From the human T2T-CHM13v2.0 reference genome, Homo sapiens: a stretch of 64,000 nt of DNA. This document shows, in pieces, positions 39,626 to 53,421 of the stretch. The stretch lies in assembly GCF_009914755.1 (NCBI RefSeq), contig NC_060936.1; one strand, written 5' to 3'. A program made the translations under genes and the position numbers. The notes below the pieces were generated by a model. The model had not been told where the DNA came from and searched no databases. It worked only from the letters and a program-made list of their open reading frames with translations. The first letter of the stretch is position 1, and every line of letters starts with the position of its first letter.

Positions 39626-40769
39626 TGTGCTCTTATTTCTTTATGCTTTGATCTTAGTTCTGTCCTTTTGCTGACTTTGGGCTTAGTCTTCTTTTTCTAG
39701 TTCCTTGAGGTATAAAGTTAGCGTCTTTATTTGAGATCTTTCTCTTCTTTCTTAATGTAGGCATTTATTGCTATAAACATCCCTCTTAGAACTCCTTTGC
39801 TGCATCCTGTGAGTTTTGGTATGTTGTGTTTCCATTTACATTTGTCTCAAGATATTTTTATATTTCCCTTTTGATTTCTTCTTTGACCCATTGGTTTTCA
39901 GGAGTGTGTTGTTTACTTTCCCCATATTTGTGAATTTTTCAAATTTCATCTCGTTATTGATTTCTATTTTTATACTATTGTGGTATAAAAGATACTAGTT
40001 ATGATTTCAATATTTTTAAATTTTTTAAGACTTACTTTATGGCCTAATATGTGATCTATCCTGAAGAATGTTCCATCTGCACCTAAAAGAATTCTGCTGC
40101 TGTTGGATGGAAGTCTGTTTGATCTATAGTGTTGTTCAAGTTTGCTCTTTTCTTATTGATTTTCTGGCAGAATAAACTGTTTATTATTAAAAATGGGGTG
40201 TTGAAGTCTTCTACTAGTGTTGTGTTTCTCTCTATTTCACCCTTCATTTCTGTTACTATTGCTTTATATATTTAGGTGCTAAGCACTGGGTACATATATA
40301 TTTACAATTGTTGTATCTTCTTGATGAATTGACCTCTTTATCATCATATAATCATCTTATTTGTCTCTTGTGACAGTTTGTGATTTAGTCTATATTCTGA
40401 ACACTCCTGTTCTCTTTTGGTTACCGTTTGTATGGAATATCTTTTTCCATTTTTTATACTTTCAGCTTATGTGTGTCCTTAAAGCTAAAGTGAGTCTCTT
40501 GTAGGCAGCATATAGGTATATTTTTTTCTTTTTAAATTTATTCAGCCACTGTATGTCTTTTTATTGAAGAATTTAATCCATTTACACTTAAAGTAATTAT
40601 TGATAGGTAAGGACTTACTACTGCCATTTTGTAATTGTTTTCTGACTGTTTTGTAGTTTCTTTGTTCCATTCTTCCTTTCTTAACTGTGTTTCTTTGTGA
40701 TTTGATTTTTGATTTTTTAGTGGTATACTTTGATTCCTTTTTTCATGTGTGTAGTAGATACACAAAATA

Positions 40770-41183
40770 TTTTTTCATCTTTTCCTTTAAAGGAAGTACT
40801 TTATGGCTTCTCTTTGGCATATGCAAATTGCTAGCATCTCATTTGTGTATTTTGGGGCCATTATTAAGTCAAATAAGGGTTACCTGAACACAAGCACTGT
40901 GATACCATGATGGTTAATCTGATAATTTAGACAGCTACTAAGTGACTAATGGGCAGGTGGTGTATACAGTAGTATGAATATACTGGATAAAGGGATGATT
41001 CATTTTCCCAGGTGTGACAAAGTGTAACAGCACAAGATTTTATCATACATTCAGAATGGCATGCAATTTAAAACCTATGAATTGTTTATTTCTGGAATTT
41101 TTCATTTAATAATTTTGGACCATATTAGACCATGGATTACTGAAACTTTGGAAAGCAAAACCATGGAGAAGGGAAGCCACTAC
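40770..41183 (-). mobile_element. MER44/Tigger7-derived DNA element
   Basis: ggggccattattaagt...aagggttacctgaacacaagcactg...tatgaattgtttatttctggaattt...ggagaagggaagccactac. Confidence 0.85.
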
Positions 41184-42829
41184 AGTTATAAAAGTGTATT
41201 TTAAGCTGATAACAACTTTACTTTGACCACGTACAAAAACTTTACACTTTCCCCACCTCACATGGAGGCTGGGTCCGTGGGTGATGGACTAGAAACTAGT
41301 TCTGAGGGAGCAGTACTGGAAGCTGAGTGGGGAGCTAGTGGGGCAAGCCTGGACCCTGGATCTAGTGGAACATGGGGCTTCATCAGTCAGCCTGTCTCTG
41401 TGGGTGCCGCCCTGGTCCCTTGGGCCATGGGGGCTGACCTGGCACTGGGGCAGTTCTGAAGCCTGGGGTTGAGGGAGTTGGCCTGAAGCCTAGGGCTCTG
41501 GAGCTGGTTTGGCACTGGCATAGGCCTGGGGCATGAGTTCATGAAAACAAGCTTGGATCCTGGGGCCATAGGGGCTGGCCTGGTGCCAGGTTTCACTGGT
41601 GCTAGGGTCCGTAGCCAAGTTGGGTGCCCACTTCCTTTTTCTTCCACCATTCAGAGGGTATCTCCACACTGTGCTGGCTGGGCTTGGGAGAAGGATGACA
41701 TGGATAATGTGAAACTGTCCTTCTTACTCTTTCTAAATGTATCTTCTTTCTGTGCTACACCTAGATGCTATAATCTCTCACCTGGATTCCTTGACTCTTG
41801 TGAAGGTATTTTTATGTGTGAATAATTGTTTAAATTGATGTTTCTTTGGGGGGACCAGCACTGGAGTGTCCTATTCTGCCATCTGATGAACATCATTCTA
41901 CCATACTGTGTTTAAATTTATATGCCAACATATTTGGCTCTTTATTTGGTTTCTGAGTGCCTCTGGGTCAAGAACTTTTTCTTATTTCTCTATTTTCAGT
42001 GTCTTGCACAGTGCCCCTACATAGTAATTCTTCAGTGTATTTGTTGAATTTAATTGCTTTACTTGGTTTATTATGGCTTTGAGTCGTAAATGCCATACTT
42101 TTATGTTAATGGTTTTACTAGTATTTCTGAACAACATAAAATTTGATATTTTTGTGAAACTTAAAATGGTATAATTTTCCTGAATTTTTATATTTCCCAT
42201 AGTGAGTTGATATCACAGTTAGACCTTTCAGGGAGTGTGGGTGTAGAATTAAGTTTGGCATCACAATTCTGTTTTTATAAAAATCTCAAAGACATGTTGA
42301 CTCTCTTAGATTCAAGTAATTAGCAGATATTAAAAATGTCATGTCATGAATCTCTGTGCCTGTGATAGCATCTAACATGTGAAAAACCATCTGTTCAGGT
42401 AGCTATTTACAATGTGTCAAGTAGCTTCTCTGTTGAAACCAGGAAACAACCAAAATACAATGACAAAAAACCTATTTTAAAAAAACCTATTCACACAATC
42501 ATTTTTCAGCCTAAAAATCCATATTTTGTCACAGGAGGATTTTTGAAATCATTTTTTGGATTATATTCATTTAATTACAAAATTATTCATCCTCACTTTC
42601 CTCATCAAGGATGAAAGAATATCCTGAGAGGTATGCATTTGTAATTTTAATATAAAGGAAAGATGCTAGTGATCTAGCTGGCTCCTGAAATTGATCCGAA
42701 CTCTTAATAAATAATGCAGAAAGGTAAATAGGATATCATGAAGGTAATAGAAATGTAATTGTTACTTTGGTGTTATGATCTAATAAGGAGAGTTTATAGT
42801 GTAGGCATCCCACTGGGGTGGAAAGAGGA

Positions 42830-42980
42830 TACCCTGGGGTTTCAGTCTTGCCTCTACCCTTACCAGTTGTTGTCCATGGGCTTGTCTCATAGACTCTGAT
42901 CCTAGTTTTTCTATTTGTGAAATGAGGCTGTTATAAATTTGCATAGTATTATTATGATGCTTAAAAAGGATGTACAAGGT
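42830..42980 (+). mobile_element. MIR SINE
   Basis: cttaccagttgttgtccatgggc...agtttttctatttgtgaaatgagg. Confidence 0.55.
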
Positions 42981-43562
42981 AAAGGATTATTACAGAAGGG
43001 CAGGTCATCTGGATTATAGATTATTCCTAGGAAATAATTAAGTCAGTTCTTTGGACATAGTTAAGTGCAGATGCATTCTAGAATGATGTATTTTCACTCA
43101 TTATATCTAATATGACCTCTACTTCTCCCACCCCATAGCTGTGTGGTAGAGCTGCATTAAGTTGCTTGAACTTAAAACACTTGCCACAAGCCGTCTCTTA
43201 TGGAAGCCTTGGAGCCAGAGGCAAAATTATAATAGTTGGTTATAAGATATTTGCTTAACACATATTTCCAGTAGTAAAATAAACTGAATTTTATTGAGTA
43301 CTATTTGATATACTTTCACATAATTTTTTTCTTAGCCAAATTTTCTAAAGTTTTAGGAGTTACCATGTATTGATTCCAAGTAATTCAGCATAGAGATTGT
43401 TCATTATGCAGACAGCAATAAAACACGTTATATTACTTTTAGAATTTATAAAAATGTTTGTCTCTGGTTGAATATTGCGATAGCTATGTAACACCGTGTT
43501 TTCCCTTTTTGCTTTGGCTACCAGGACACTCAAAACTCAACTTTCAGTTATAGAATGTTTTA

Positions 43563-43755
43563 GCCAGTGTCAGTGTTTCTTAGAGGGCTGTCCTTAGACT
43601 ACTGCCATCAGAATCACCGGGAGTGCTTGTTCATGTGGACTCGGGTTCTTACCCCAGATGTACTAATGTAGAATTTTTCTATTATGGGCCTGAAAATCTG
43701 CATTTTAGACAGAACACTGTTTATTCTTAGACACTAAAGTTTGAAAATTACTGGC
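43563..43755 (+). mobile_element. MER5-type DNA element
   Basis: catcagaatcaccgggagtgcttgtt...aatctgcatttta...ctaaagtttgaaaattactg. Confidence 0.75.
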
Positions 43756-44719
43756 CTAAGAGTTCAGATTCTTTCTTCTTCCTCCCATTACATGGATTTT
43801 GATTTTCTGTTTCTATTTTAGTAGCTATATTGGCTATCTTATCCTAAACCATCCATAGCCTTTTTAGAAGTATGAAGGACAGAATAGCTGAAAACGTAGA
43901 AGTTCAATGGGAAAAGGTTATAGAAACCAAGATAGAGTCAAACTAAAGAGAATAGTTTCTGCCAGTTTCCTTGTTTTCTCTTTCCTTAGGTGAAAGTAAG
44001 GGACACAAACACCTCTTGCATTGAAGGAGGTGAGAAGGAGGACTTGTAGCTGGGACCTCTGAGCTCATATTTAACCCCCTGTTTCTGGTAGAATTGATGA
44101 TGCAGATATCAAAAGGCCCTGGAGATCCATAGATTTCAGAATTAACAGAGTGGAAGAGGCCTTGGCTTGAATTTTTTTTTTTTTTTTTTTTTGCATTACT
44201 TATCTGTATCTACTTTGATTGTAGGATCCCTTCTTATAAAGGGGCAGGGACTCTGTTTTATACCTCTTAGAAATAGCACAGTGTTTAGCACTTAGAACAC
44301 AGTTGGGAAGATGAAAGGATGGAAAAATGGAAGGTAAATTAGTGGAGCTGGTGGGCATTGAGAATCCGAATTTAACCTATTGGTTTAAGTTACTGAGAAT
44401 TCTTGTATCATTGAATATGCCGATCTTTAAAAATACACATTTTAGAGCCAAATCTAAGTTATTTAAAAATATGATCAAATACTCTTCATATCACTGTCAT
44501 ATTGAAGAGGAACGGGTTAAATTGGAACTACCAATTTTTGGCCAGTGAACCGACCTGCTGCAGGCAGGTATGGGCAGGAAAGAAGGGTTTGATGGGGGCC
44601 ATGGCAGACCTGTTCATCAGAGCTCATCTAGGGTCAGATCAGTGGGTGGACAGGAAAGCTAGACCATGGAAATGACAGGCAGAACCAACTCTACTGACTC
44701 TTGCATAGACCAGACGGAT

Positions 44720-45410
44720 CTGTCATGATCTTAACTGAGCTGGAGATAGCTGAGCTGTCAGGTGTCAGGGTAGCTGATTAAGTTAACAAGCCAAAATGAA
44801 AGCAACAGTCAAGCCTTTAACTACTTACTGCAATAGTGTAAGCAAGCAGCTAAGCTAGAGAAAGCACCACCCCCCACCCCAGTTCCATTTTCCCCCATGG
44901 ACTGGTATACTTGTCCAGGGTCAGGTTTATCAGTGCAGACATGAGGGCTATCTCACTGCTGATGGAACCCTGAATAAAAGATTTCTGCAGTTTTATGGAC
45001 CCAGGGGCTAGGAGAAGGGAGAGGGGAAGGGATAGGAGTGAAAAGCTACTGAGTACTGAGTCAGAATGGAGAAAAGCATCTTCAAAGTTTTCCCTACCCC
45101 TGACAAGGAGGTCTTGTTAGAAGGACCTGAGGAAGGCCTGGGTGACCAGTGGCCATAGATAAATCGGCTTCTGCATGAAGATGCCTAGGCTAGGAATGCG
45201 GGTATACGTGAGTGTGGTCAGGCAGGAGGGCCTGAGTCCTTGACTGCAGCTCCCTGCAGAGACTGCCATACATCATTTGTGCACCAAGTCTGGTGTGGGG
45301 AGGGCAGCATTCCCTGTGAGTTCTTCTAGGCAAAGCCTTTGTCATTGCCTATGATCACACATGAAAAATCACACATAGGATTTTGGTAGGAGCCAGACTC
45401 CTCAAGACCT
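44720..45410. mobile_element. Probable old ERV-type LTR, family not resolved
   Basis: Begins tgtcatgatc, GC-richer than flanks, LTR-like size; recognition is weak. Confidence 0.35.
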
Positions 45411-46387
45411 TCAGTGGGAAACTGACTCTTCCTGGAGGGCCAGAACTGAGCTGGACTATATCAGGGCTAAGCAGGTATGTCAGCAATTAAAGAATATTTA
45501 GTAGGGCCTGTCATAGATATAGTAGGTGGTGAACTCAAGGCCACTATTATTACCACCATAAGAACATTCAGTTTGGTACTAGTTGAGGAAGCATGACATG
45601 GGACTATAGCTCTACAGCTGTCTTCAGATATGTGAAGGAATGATCATGTGCTTGTATGAGTTATGCAATATGTATTTGTTGATGAGTTTAGAAGATCGAA
45701 AGGGCGTTTAGTGTGGATTCAAATTATAGAATTACGCATAGGCCCTTGTTTCCCTACCTCTTTTCTTTAAATGCCTCTACTGCTTCTACTCCTCTGCCTG
45801 GCACATTACATCCCCTCACCGCCAAATCTCTGCTTGTCCTTCAAAACCCAACACAGACGACATGTGATTCCCAGGGAGTCCATGTGGCATAGTGGAGTGA
45901 GCATGGGGCAGGAAAACCTCAACCCTGGGATGTCAAATCCTCAGGGAGTCCTGATACTTCCCGAAATATGTGACCAGGGCAGATGCTGCTAATTGATTGC
46001 AAAATTTTCCCTTTGGAGCCTGACGCAGCTGCAGATCCCAAGGCAGCTCATCAGTAAACTACTACCAACCGATTAAGTAGATACAAAGGAAAAATCATAT
46101 TGCCATGGTGACCTTCAGCCTTTCATTCTTCCTGGTCAGAAGAAACCTCCCAACCCCCTTGAATTCTTTTTAAAAATGGGTTTTCATTAATTATTGAGTA
46201 GATAGAAATTATTTATGATGTGTAAGGAAGATGTAAAAAATCACACGATCTCAAACACTTGTATATGCACTATCCAGTTTAAACAAAAGAACGTGAATGT
46301 TGCCTTTGAAGTCTCCTGTTTCCTGTCCCAATTCTATCCTCTTCTTTCTCTCCTGTTAGAGGTATCCAGTCTCCTAAATTTGAGGTG

Positions 46388-46690
46388 GTCTTAGCCCATT
46401 TAGGCTACTATAACAAAATATCATAAACTGACCAGCTTATGAACAGTAGAAATTTATTTACTTCTCACAGTTTTAGAGGCTGAGAAGTCCATGATCAAGG
46501 TACCAGCAGATTAAGTGTCTGGTGAATGCCTGCTTCCTCATTCACAGATGGTATTTTTCAGGGTGTCCTCACATGGTAGATGGGACAAGGAAACTGGGGC
46601 CTCTTTGATAAAGGCACTAATGCCAGTCATGAAGGCTGAGCCCCATCTCCAAATGCCTTGCCTTCAAATACCATCACCTTAGGGTTTATG
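46388..46690 (-). mobile_element. MaLR LTR, MLT1A0/MSTD-like
   Basis: gtcttagcccatttaggctactataacaaaata...ctcacagttttagaggctgagaagtccatgatcaagg. Confidence 0.85.
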
Positions 46691-47274
46691 TTCTGTCTTA
46701 TTTCTTCAATTAGACTACAAGCTCCATAAGGGACTCAGAGTGTCCTAGATATTTGTGTTCTCAGAGAGCCAGGCATTACAGATTGAACCTGGTCATTGCA
46801 CAAGAATATTTATTGAATGAAATAATTAAAGAGGGTCAATTTTGCATTATCCTTTCCCCCACACCCCACATTTAGACACATTCCCTCAGTGGTTAACTGA
46901 ACACCTGCCAGGAATGTTGCAAGAGGAATTCCTACATTGGGAAGGATCTTGTACTACATAAGTTTCTTCCAACTCCAACATTTCTCAATCTCTGGGAAAA
47001 TCTCTGACCTATCCAGAAAAGTTCCCTTTAGTATACAGAGGGAACTGCCTTTAAGTCTTGACCAACCAGCTTCCCTGGATCCCTTGGTTCTTTGCTTTAA
47101 AAAACCCAACTTTATTGTGAAATATAACATATATGCAGACAAGTGCATAAAACATAAATGTACACTATAATGAATGATTACGTAGCAACCAAGTAAATTT
47201 TAAAATAACCTCTATTGTGATGCCAGGTTGAAGTTCAGCCCTTTAGAAATTCAGCCCCTTGATATGATCTAGAA

Positions 47275-47519
47275 AGGGTTGGAAAACTATTACCTGTGTG
47301 CTAAATATGGCCCACTTCCTGGTTTTGTAAATAAAACTTTATTGGAACGTAACCATGCTCATTTGTTTTCATATTGTCTATGGCTACTTTCATGCTACAA
47401 TGGCAGAGTTGAGTAGTTGCATCAGAGGTCAAATGACCTGCAAAGGAAATATTTACTGTCTGGCCTTTTTATATAAAAAGTTTGCCAAGTCCTCTTATGT
47501 AAAAATTTGCCAACTCCTG
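47275..47519 (+). mobile_element. MER58A with duplicated right terminus
   Basis: ttttgtaaataaaactttattggaac...ggcagagttgagtagttgc; terminal segment repeated at 47469-47494 and 47495-47519. Confidence 0.85.
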
Positions 47520-48869
47520 TTCTAAAGTCTGTCTTGAAAAAAATATAACCGTCTGTGCATCCTATGTGGTTTTACCCTCTCAGTAAAACAAGTCTAGTGA
47601 ATCTCTGGTTGAGAAAAGGAAGTTAAATAATTATAACATTCAAAAATATTAAACTCTATGGTCTATTTTAATGAAATCTTAAGAATAGCCAGAAACTAAA
47701 CCCAAAGCAAATTATCTCTAAATCTTGACCTCCTTAAGGGTCTGCTGAATTGCATCAACAACATTTTATAGCTAGAAGACTGGAGCAACCCAATATTTTT
47801 TTAGGTCATGGGGTGTAACTAATTGAATAGAAAAAGAGATCAACATCTTGAGATTATATCCCTGGAGAAGGCAACACCTGAAACAGATTGAGTTTTTTGA
47901 TTAACTTATTCCTTAGTGAGTAGAGGTTAAACATCCAAGTAGATGAAAAGACCTAGAAGGAAATAGAGTAGAGCACACATCATTCTTTAGTTGACATTTG
48001 GAAAGTGCATTTGCACAGTTACCCTTCCCCCACAACATATGCGAATGCACTTGCACACACGTGAACACACACAGACACAAGAAATGATGCTTAGTCAAAG
48101 ACAAACAAAAACGAGATGGCCACTGTCCACGTGTTTTCTACTATGAACACAGAAACTTTTGGCTTTAATTCTTTCCTATAATCATCAGTCACTTTCCCTA
48201 TAGCAAAACCGATTTTGTTTCCTTGGACAATCTTGTAAATGAATATGAAAAGTAGGAAATAACTTAACTGCCTACAGGGGAAATGCATTTGAAGACAAAT
48301 GATTGTATAAAGTTCATTTTTTAAGAATCAAGTGTAATTTCTTATGCAAACTGTATTTCAGTCTAAAGATCTCTAATGCTCATAAGGAAGTACCTTTTGT
48401 TGTACTTCTTTGAGGCAAAGAGAGAATTGTAATCTGAGAAAGAGATACACCATTCAAAGCCTGATTACACTGCCTCCTTAAATCTTCTCTCCCCAACTGA
48501 AAAATAATTATATATAAAAACATCTTGCTTTTCAAATTTGCATTTAAAGAACGCTTGTTTGGGGCTGTCCGAGTGAAAAACTGAGCACACTAAAATAGCA
48601 GTCTTTCAAACATACAGAAAATTATTTTTTCATCCCCAAAGGAGGTTGCTAGAAGTGTACCTCCTTGAAAATACGTTCGTTAAAAATGACATATAGAGCA
48701 TAGACTCACAGAGTTTGATATCAGAAGGAGACCATAGACCCAAACTGAGACCCTCTCGTCTAAGAGAAAACCAATCCATGGTTGTGAATGCATATTTCTT
48801 TTTTTATTAGTTGCTTTGCATTCTTTATTAAAGCAGAATATAAACGATACCTGATAGTGGGACAAGTGG

Positions 48870-49080
48870 TTGGGGAACAGTGTTATCAAACAGATCTGGG
48901 CTGGATTCCTACATCTACGCTTTATAATTGTGTGACCTTGGGAATATGTCTGTCTCTCAGAATCTCAAGTATCTCACTTGAATAATGAAAACGATATGGA
49001 TCTTTACCATTATGTTGTTTGAAGTATTAAATGAAATAATACCTATAAAAAGTCTTAACGTGTAGCCTGGAATGTAGTAA
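48870..49080 (+). mobile_element. MIR SINE
   Basis: cagatctgggctggattcc...tgtgtgaccttggg. Confidence 0.7.
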
Positions 49081-49399
49081 AAGGATGAGAAATAAGAGCA
49101 CAGCATTCATGTGCTTATTAGCAGCCACTCCAAGGCTAGAAGTGATGCCACTAACACCTAGTCCAGATTTTTTCTTCCTATTACGATTATGAGTTCTTAG
49201 AGATAAGAGCTTTTTATTTGTATGTTTGTTTTTTAAGAAAAAAAAAACCTAGTGGCTTTCCCCCAGCTGTTGTGTTTTTAAGTACCTATGATTTCTTTTT
49301 TTTAATTTGCAGTCTGTACTAATGTGTACTGCGGCCACTGATTTTTCTTACCAGTTGATGAATATAGGCAGCACTGAGAAAAAAAGCTAACAGGCTGAA

Positions 49400-49630
49400 T
49401 GATGATAATAGTTAATACTTAGTGAGTGCTTACTATATGCCAAGCACTGTTCATTCATGAATTTGTTTCTTTAATCCTCAGAAAACCCTATAAGGTAGCA
49501 GTGTTATTATCCCCGCTACACAGGAGGGGAAATGGAAGCACTGAGAGGTAAAGTAACCTGTCCAGTTTTCATAGCCAGGAATGAGGAGACCCAGGAGTCC
49601 AGGCCAGGCAGTCTGGCTTCACGCTTGCTC
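49400..49630 (-). mobile_element. MIR SINE
   Basis: gagtgcttactatatgccaagcactgtt...tttaatcctca. Confidence 0.75.
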
Positions 49631-50406
49631 TGGGCTTGTCCTATGTCCTGGATGCCCAGGTTCCCCAGCCTGATCTGGGCAGTGACTGGATTGCTTGCTG
49701 GAGCCGAGGCTCTCAGAACCACCTCGCGAGGGCTCTTTGTAGCTCTCCAGACCGACCCCAGAGCTTGGATAAGTTAATGGTTTGGTTCATAACCACCCCA
49801 GGGATTCAGCATCAGAAATGACCCAGGACCCCACCTGCCTAAGATGAGAGGGTTGCATTTCAGTTTACTCTTGTTTCTAGACCTTTCATTGGGGGATACA
49901 GGGGCAAGGGCTCTAGTATAATTGCTAGAATCTGTTGAGATCTCTTTTGTGGACCATTGTTTGAGCAAGAGTAACTTTTAATGTGAAGGGGCTGCTTGAA
50001 TTTGCCATAAAAATAATGGTAGCCTTTAAGAGCTAGTCTAAGGATTAATTGACTTAAGATTTTTCTTGTTTAAATCTCCTTCACCTTTAGGGCCCACCTG
50101 CTGGTCACTTGACCTTTTGCCTTAATTTATTTTGTAAATACTAAGCCAACAAGAGGAAAAGTGAATACCTTTTACAAAGACTTCCTTCTCTTTTGCATTG
50201 GGAGTAATTTTTCCTTGTAGATTAACTTTGGATGACTGGCTGGGGATGAGAGGATGATGTGCAAGAGTGACAGAATATGAGGAAATATGCAGGTAGTGGT
50301 ATTTACAGTGACTCTTTAGGGACATTGCTTACCAAATGTCATTTAGTTGGCACAATGGGTATTCAGTCCAGTTTTAGAGTTATAAGGCACCCTGAAGACA
50401 ATTTAG

Positions 50407-50867
<461 letters not shown>

Positions 50868-51310
50868 TAAAAAGCCATGAGAAGGAGGCAGCCCTTAGAA
50901 ACTCCCCTTGGCTGGGAGACACAGCCCGAAGATTCAGTTTGCCTAAGCTTGGGTTCTTTTATAGATTCCATTAGTTAAAACCCTTTTTCTAAGTTTTATA
51001 TGGGAAAAGGAAAAAGTTGTATATAAAATATGGCAATAAATAGTGCCATTATTTTGTAATATTATTGCTTGGAATTCAGATTTATAAATTTAATCTTCAT
51101 CTTTCCACTCTCACAAAATAAATTTTAGCATTTATAAAGACTATTTTACAACCTTTTACTCATATTAATATTTTCTATTCAACAATTGTGATTTGCTGTC
51201 TTAATATTCACTTTGTTCAGGAATGTTCTTACTTATCATCACATTGTGAGAGTCTCTCACAAGCTAAATGGTCTTGGTACTTTCTTGTCTTTAGAAGATA
51301 ATGCTTACAA

Positions 51311-51609
<299 letters not shown>

Positions 51610-51959
51610 GATAATGCTTAAAATTTTTGAAACATCATTTTCCTTTCTCTTTGCCATAGGAAGAGTTTCAGTGGACTTAAATACCTTTTGTGACAAGTGG
51701 GGGTGAATGTATGCTTGAATTTTTTCTGGGATCTTAAGGTTCTTGAAGGCAATGTGAGGTAGTAAGGTAGACAAGTATAATTTAATTAACTATATAAAAA
51801 CTAAATATTATGGCAGCCTAGTTCCAGAACATTTAGTGTTGCATTCTGCTACCAGGAAGATGCAAAACGCAAGAATCCTAGTCAGATAAAGTCCAGCAAA
51901 GACACCTCCCATAAGCCTCCTTTCTGGATCTGGTTTAGGGCTGTCTCTTGCTGCTGGAG

Positions 51960-52085
51960 GTTGTATGGGGTGGTAGAAAGAACACTAGACAGAAGATCCA
52001 AAGATCTGGGTTCCTGGGATCTCCACCTGTGCTTTGGGACAGTTAATGTTACCTCTCTTGCCCAAAGTTCTCTCATTTGTAAATT
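51960..52085 (+). mobile_element. MIR SINE
   Basis: gtggtagaaagaacactagac...gatctgggttc. Confidence 0.6.
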
Positions 52086-53421
52086 CGGGTTACGGCTTAG
52101 ACCAGTGGTTGTCAGCACAGCTATGTATCCTAATCAGTTGGAGATTTCCCAATATTTCATCACAAAGTTTTAAAACGCACAGAAATGTTGAGAGAATTTT
52201 GCAGTGAACACCCGCCACGTAGATTCTACCATTAGCATCGTATTAAAGTTATTTTTATCACATACCAATTTATATATCCATTAGTTGGGAAGCTTCACTA
52301 ACACACTCATATCTGTTGTAGAATATATACCTTTGGGGTATTAGGCAGGGTGAAGAAGGGAGATTTCTCTTTCTCCTTTATATACTTGTGTTTGAGATTT
52401 TTGTTTAACAGTGAGCATGTATTACTACTACTATGACCAAAAGAAAAAAAAAACAAAAAACAAAAAAACAGAAAAACCCATAACAAAACAAATACACATA
52501 TGCATATATTCCTGGGCCACCAACCCCCAGAGAGTGTGATGCAGTAGATCTGAGGTGGGGCTTAGTATTTTTTGAAGTGTAGCCAGGATTGAGAACACAG
52601 GACTATGCCTCTCTGAAGTGCCACTGGGGTTTCATAGTCACAGAGTTTATGAAATCTCTTTAGTGACAACCTGAAGCTCCCCTCTGTAGTAGATTGATTC
52701 CAGCTTCTTCTAGTTTGATTCCAGATTCTTCCTGGTTCATACTGGGCATTCAGCCGAATGCTGCTATTGGCATAACAATGAGCTTGCAGCCAGCAAAGGA
52801 ACTGTGTAGGTGGAGACAACCTCAGAAGCATGAGATGCAGCTTTGCTTCTTGGCAATTTCTTTTTTATTCTTATTGATTCTACCATGGCAGCTGTTTCAG
52901 ACCTCTATTATTGAGCCCTTAAAACCACCTCTTTTATCTCTTTATAAATAATCTGTTTGCCTCAATTGACACCATTGCCAGCCACTGTTGTAGGTGGCTC
53001 CCCAGTCACACTGTGTGGCTCTCTCCAGGAGAACCTTCTCTACCCCTCATATGTAGGTTGGTATGCCAGACTCCCCAAACATGCTAGCCTTTCCTCCTTT
53101 AAAGTATTTTTCTCAGACATGTAGTTGCCATTGCTTGTCTGTTCTGTCATCTCCACCATGCTGTCCCATTCATCTTTGTACCCCCAGTTGGTGGCACATA
53201 GTAGGTGCTTGCCATGTAGGCTGTAGATATTGTCCCTTTATATCAGTGATCAATGTCATTGCGAATTGTTTGGTATCCTTGATAGGGCTTTCATGCTCCA
53301 AAAATACTTTGTATTTCCCAGCCATTAAAAAATTAATATTTATTTCATTAATGTTACAAATTCAAAAACCTAGTTTTTCTTAAAGCTTTTAACTTACAAA
53401 CTTTATTTTCCAATTTTCAAT

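Larger units (their letters stand above)
38205..41890 (-). mobile_element. Large L1M relic (ORF2 5' part, inter-ORF, 5'UTR) with nested insertions
   Basis: ttttgttgagatttttgcat...gtaatgctggcctcataaaatgagtttgg; ORF 40538-40765 ends SPYLSIITLSVNGLNSSIKRH (L1 endonuclease start); 5' end ctattctgccatct. Confidence 0.85.

Noticed and set aside
43990-44029. Possible 40-nt cryptic exon (tttccttag| ... GAG|gtgaga)
   Set aside because: Not frame-preserving and donor only moderate; such pseudo-exons are common in long introns
50090-50108. Secondary CTCF-like motifs (also near 33840 and 36290)
   Set aside because: Mismatches at highly conserved core positions
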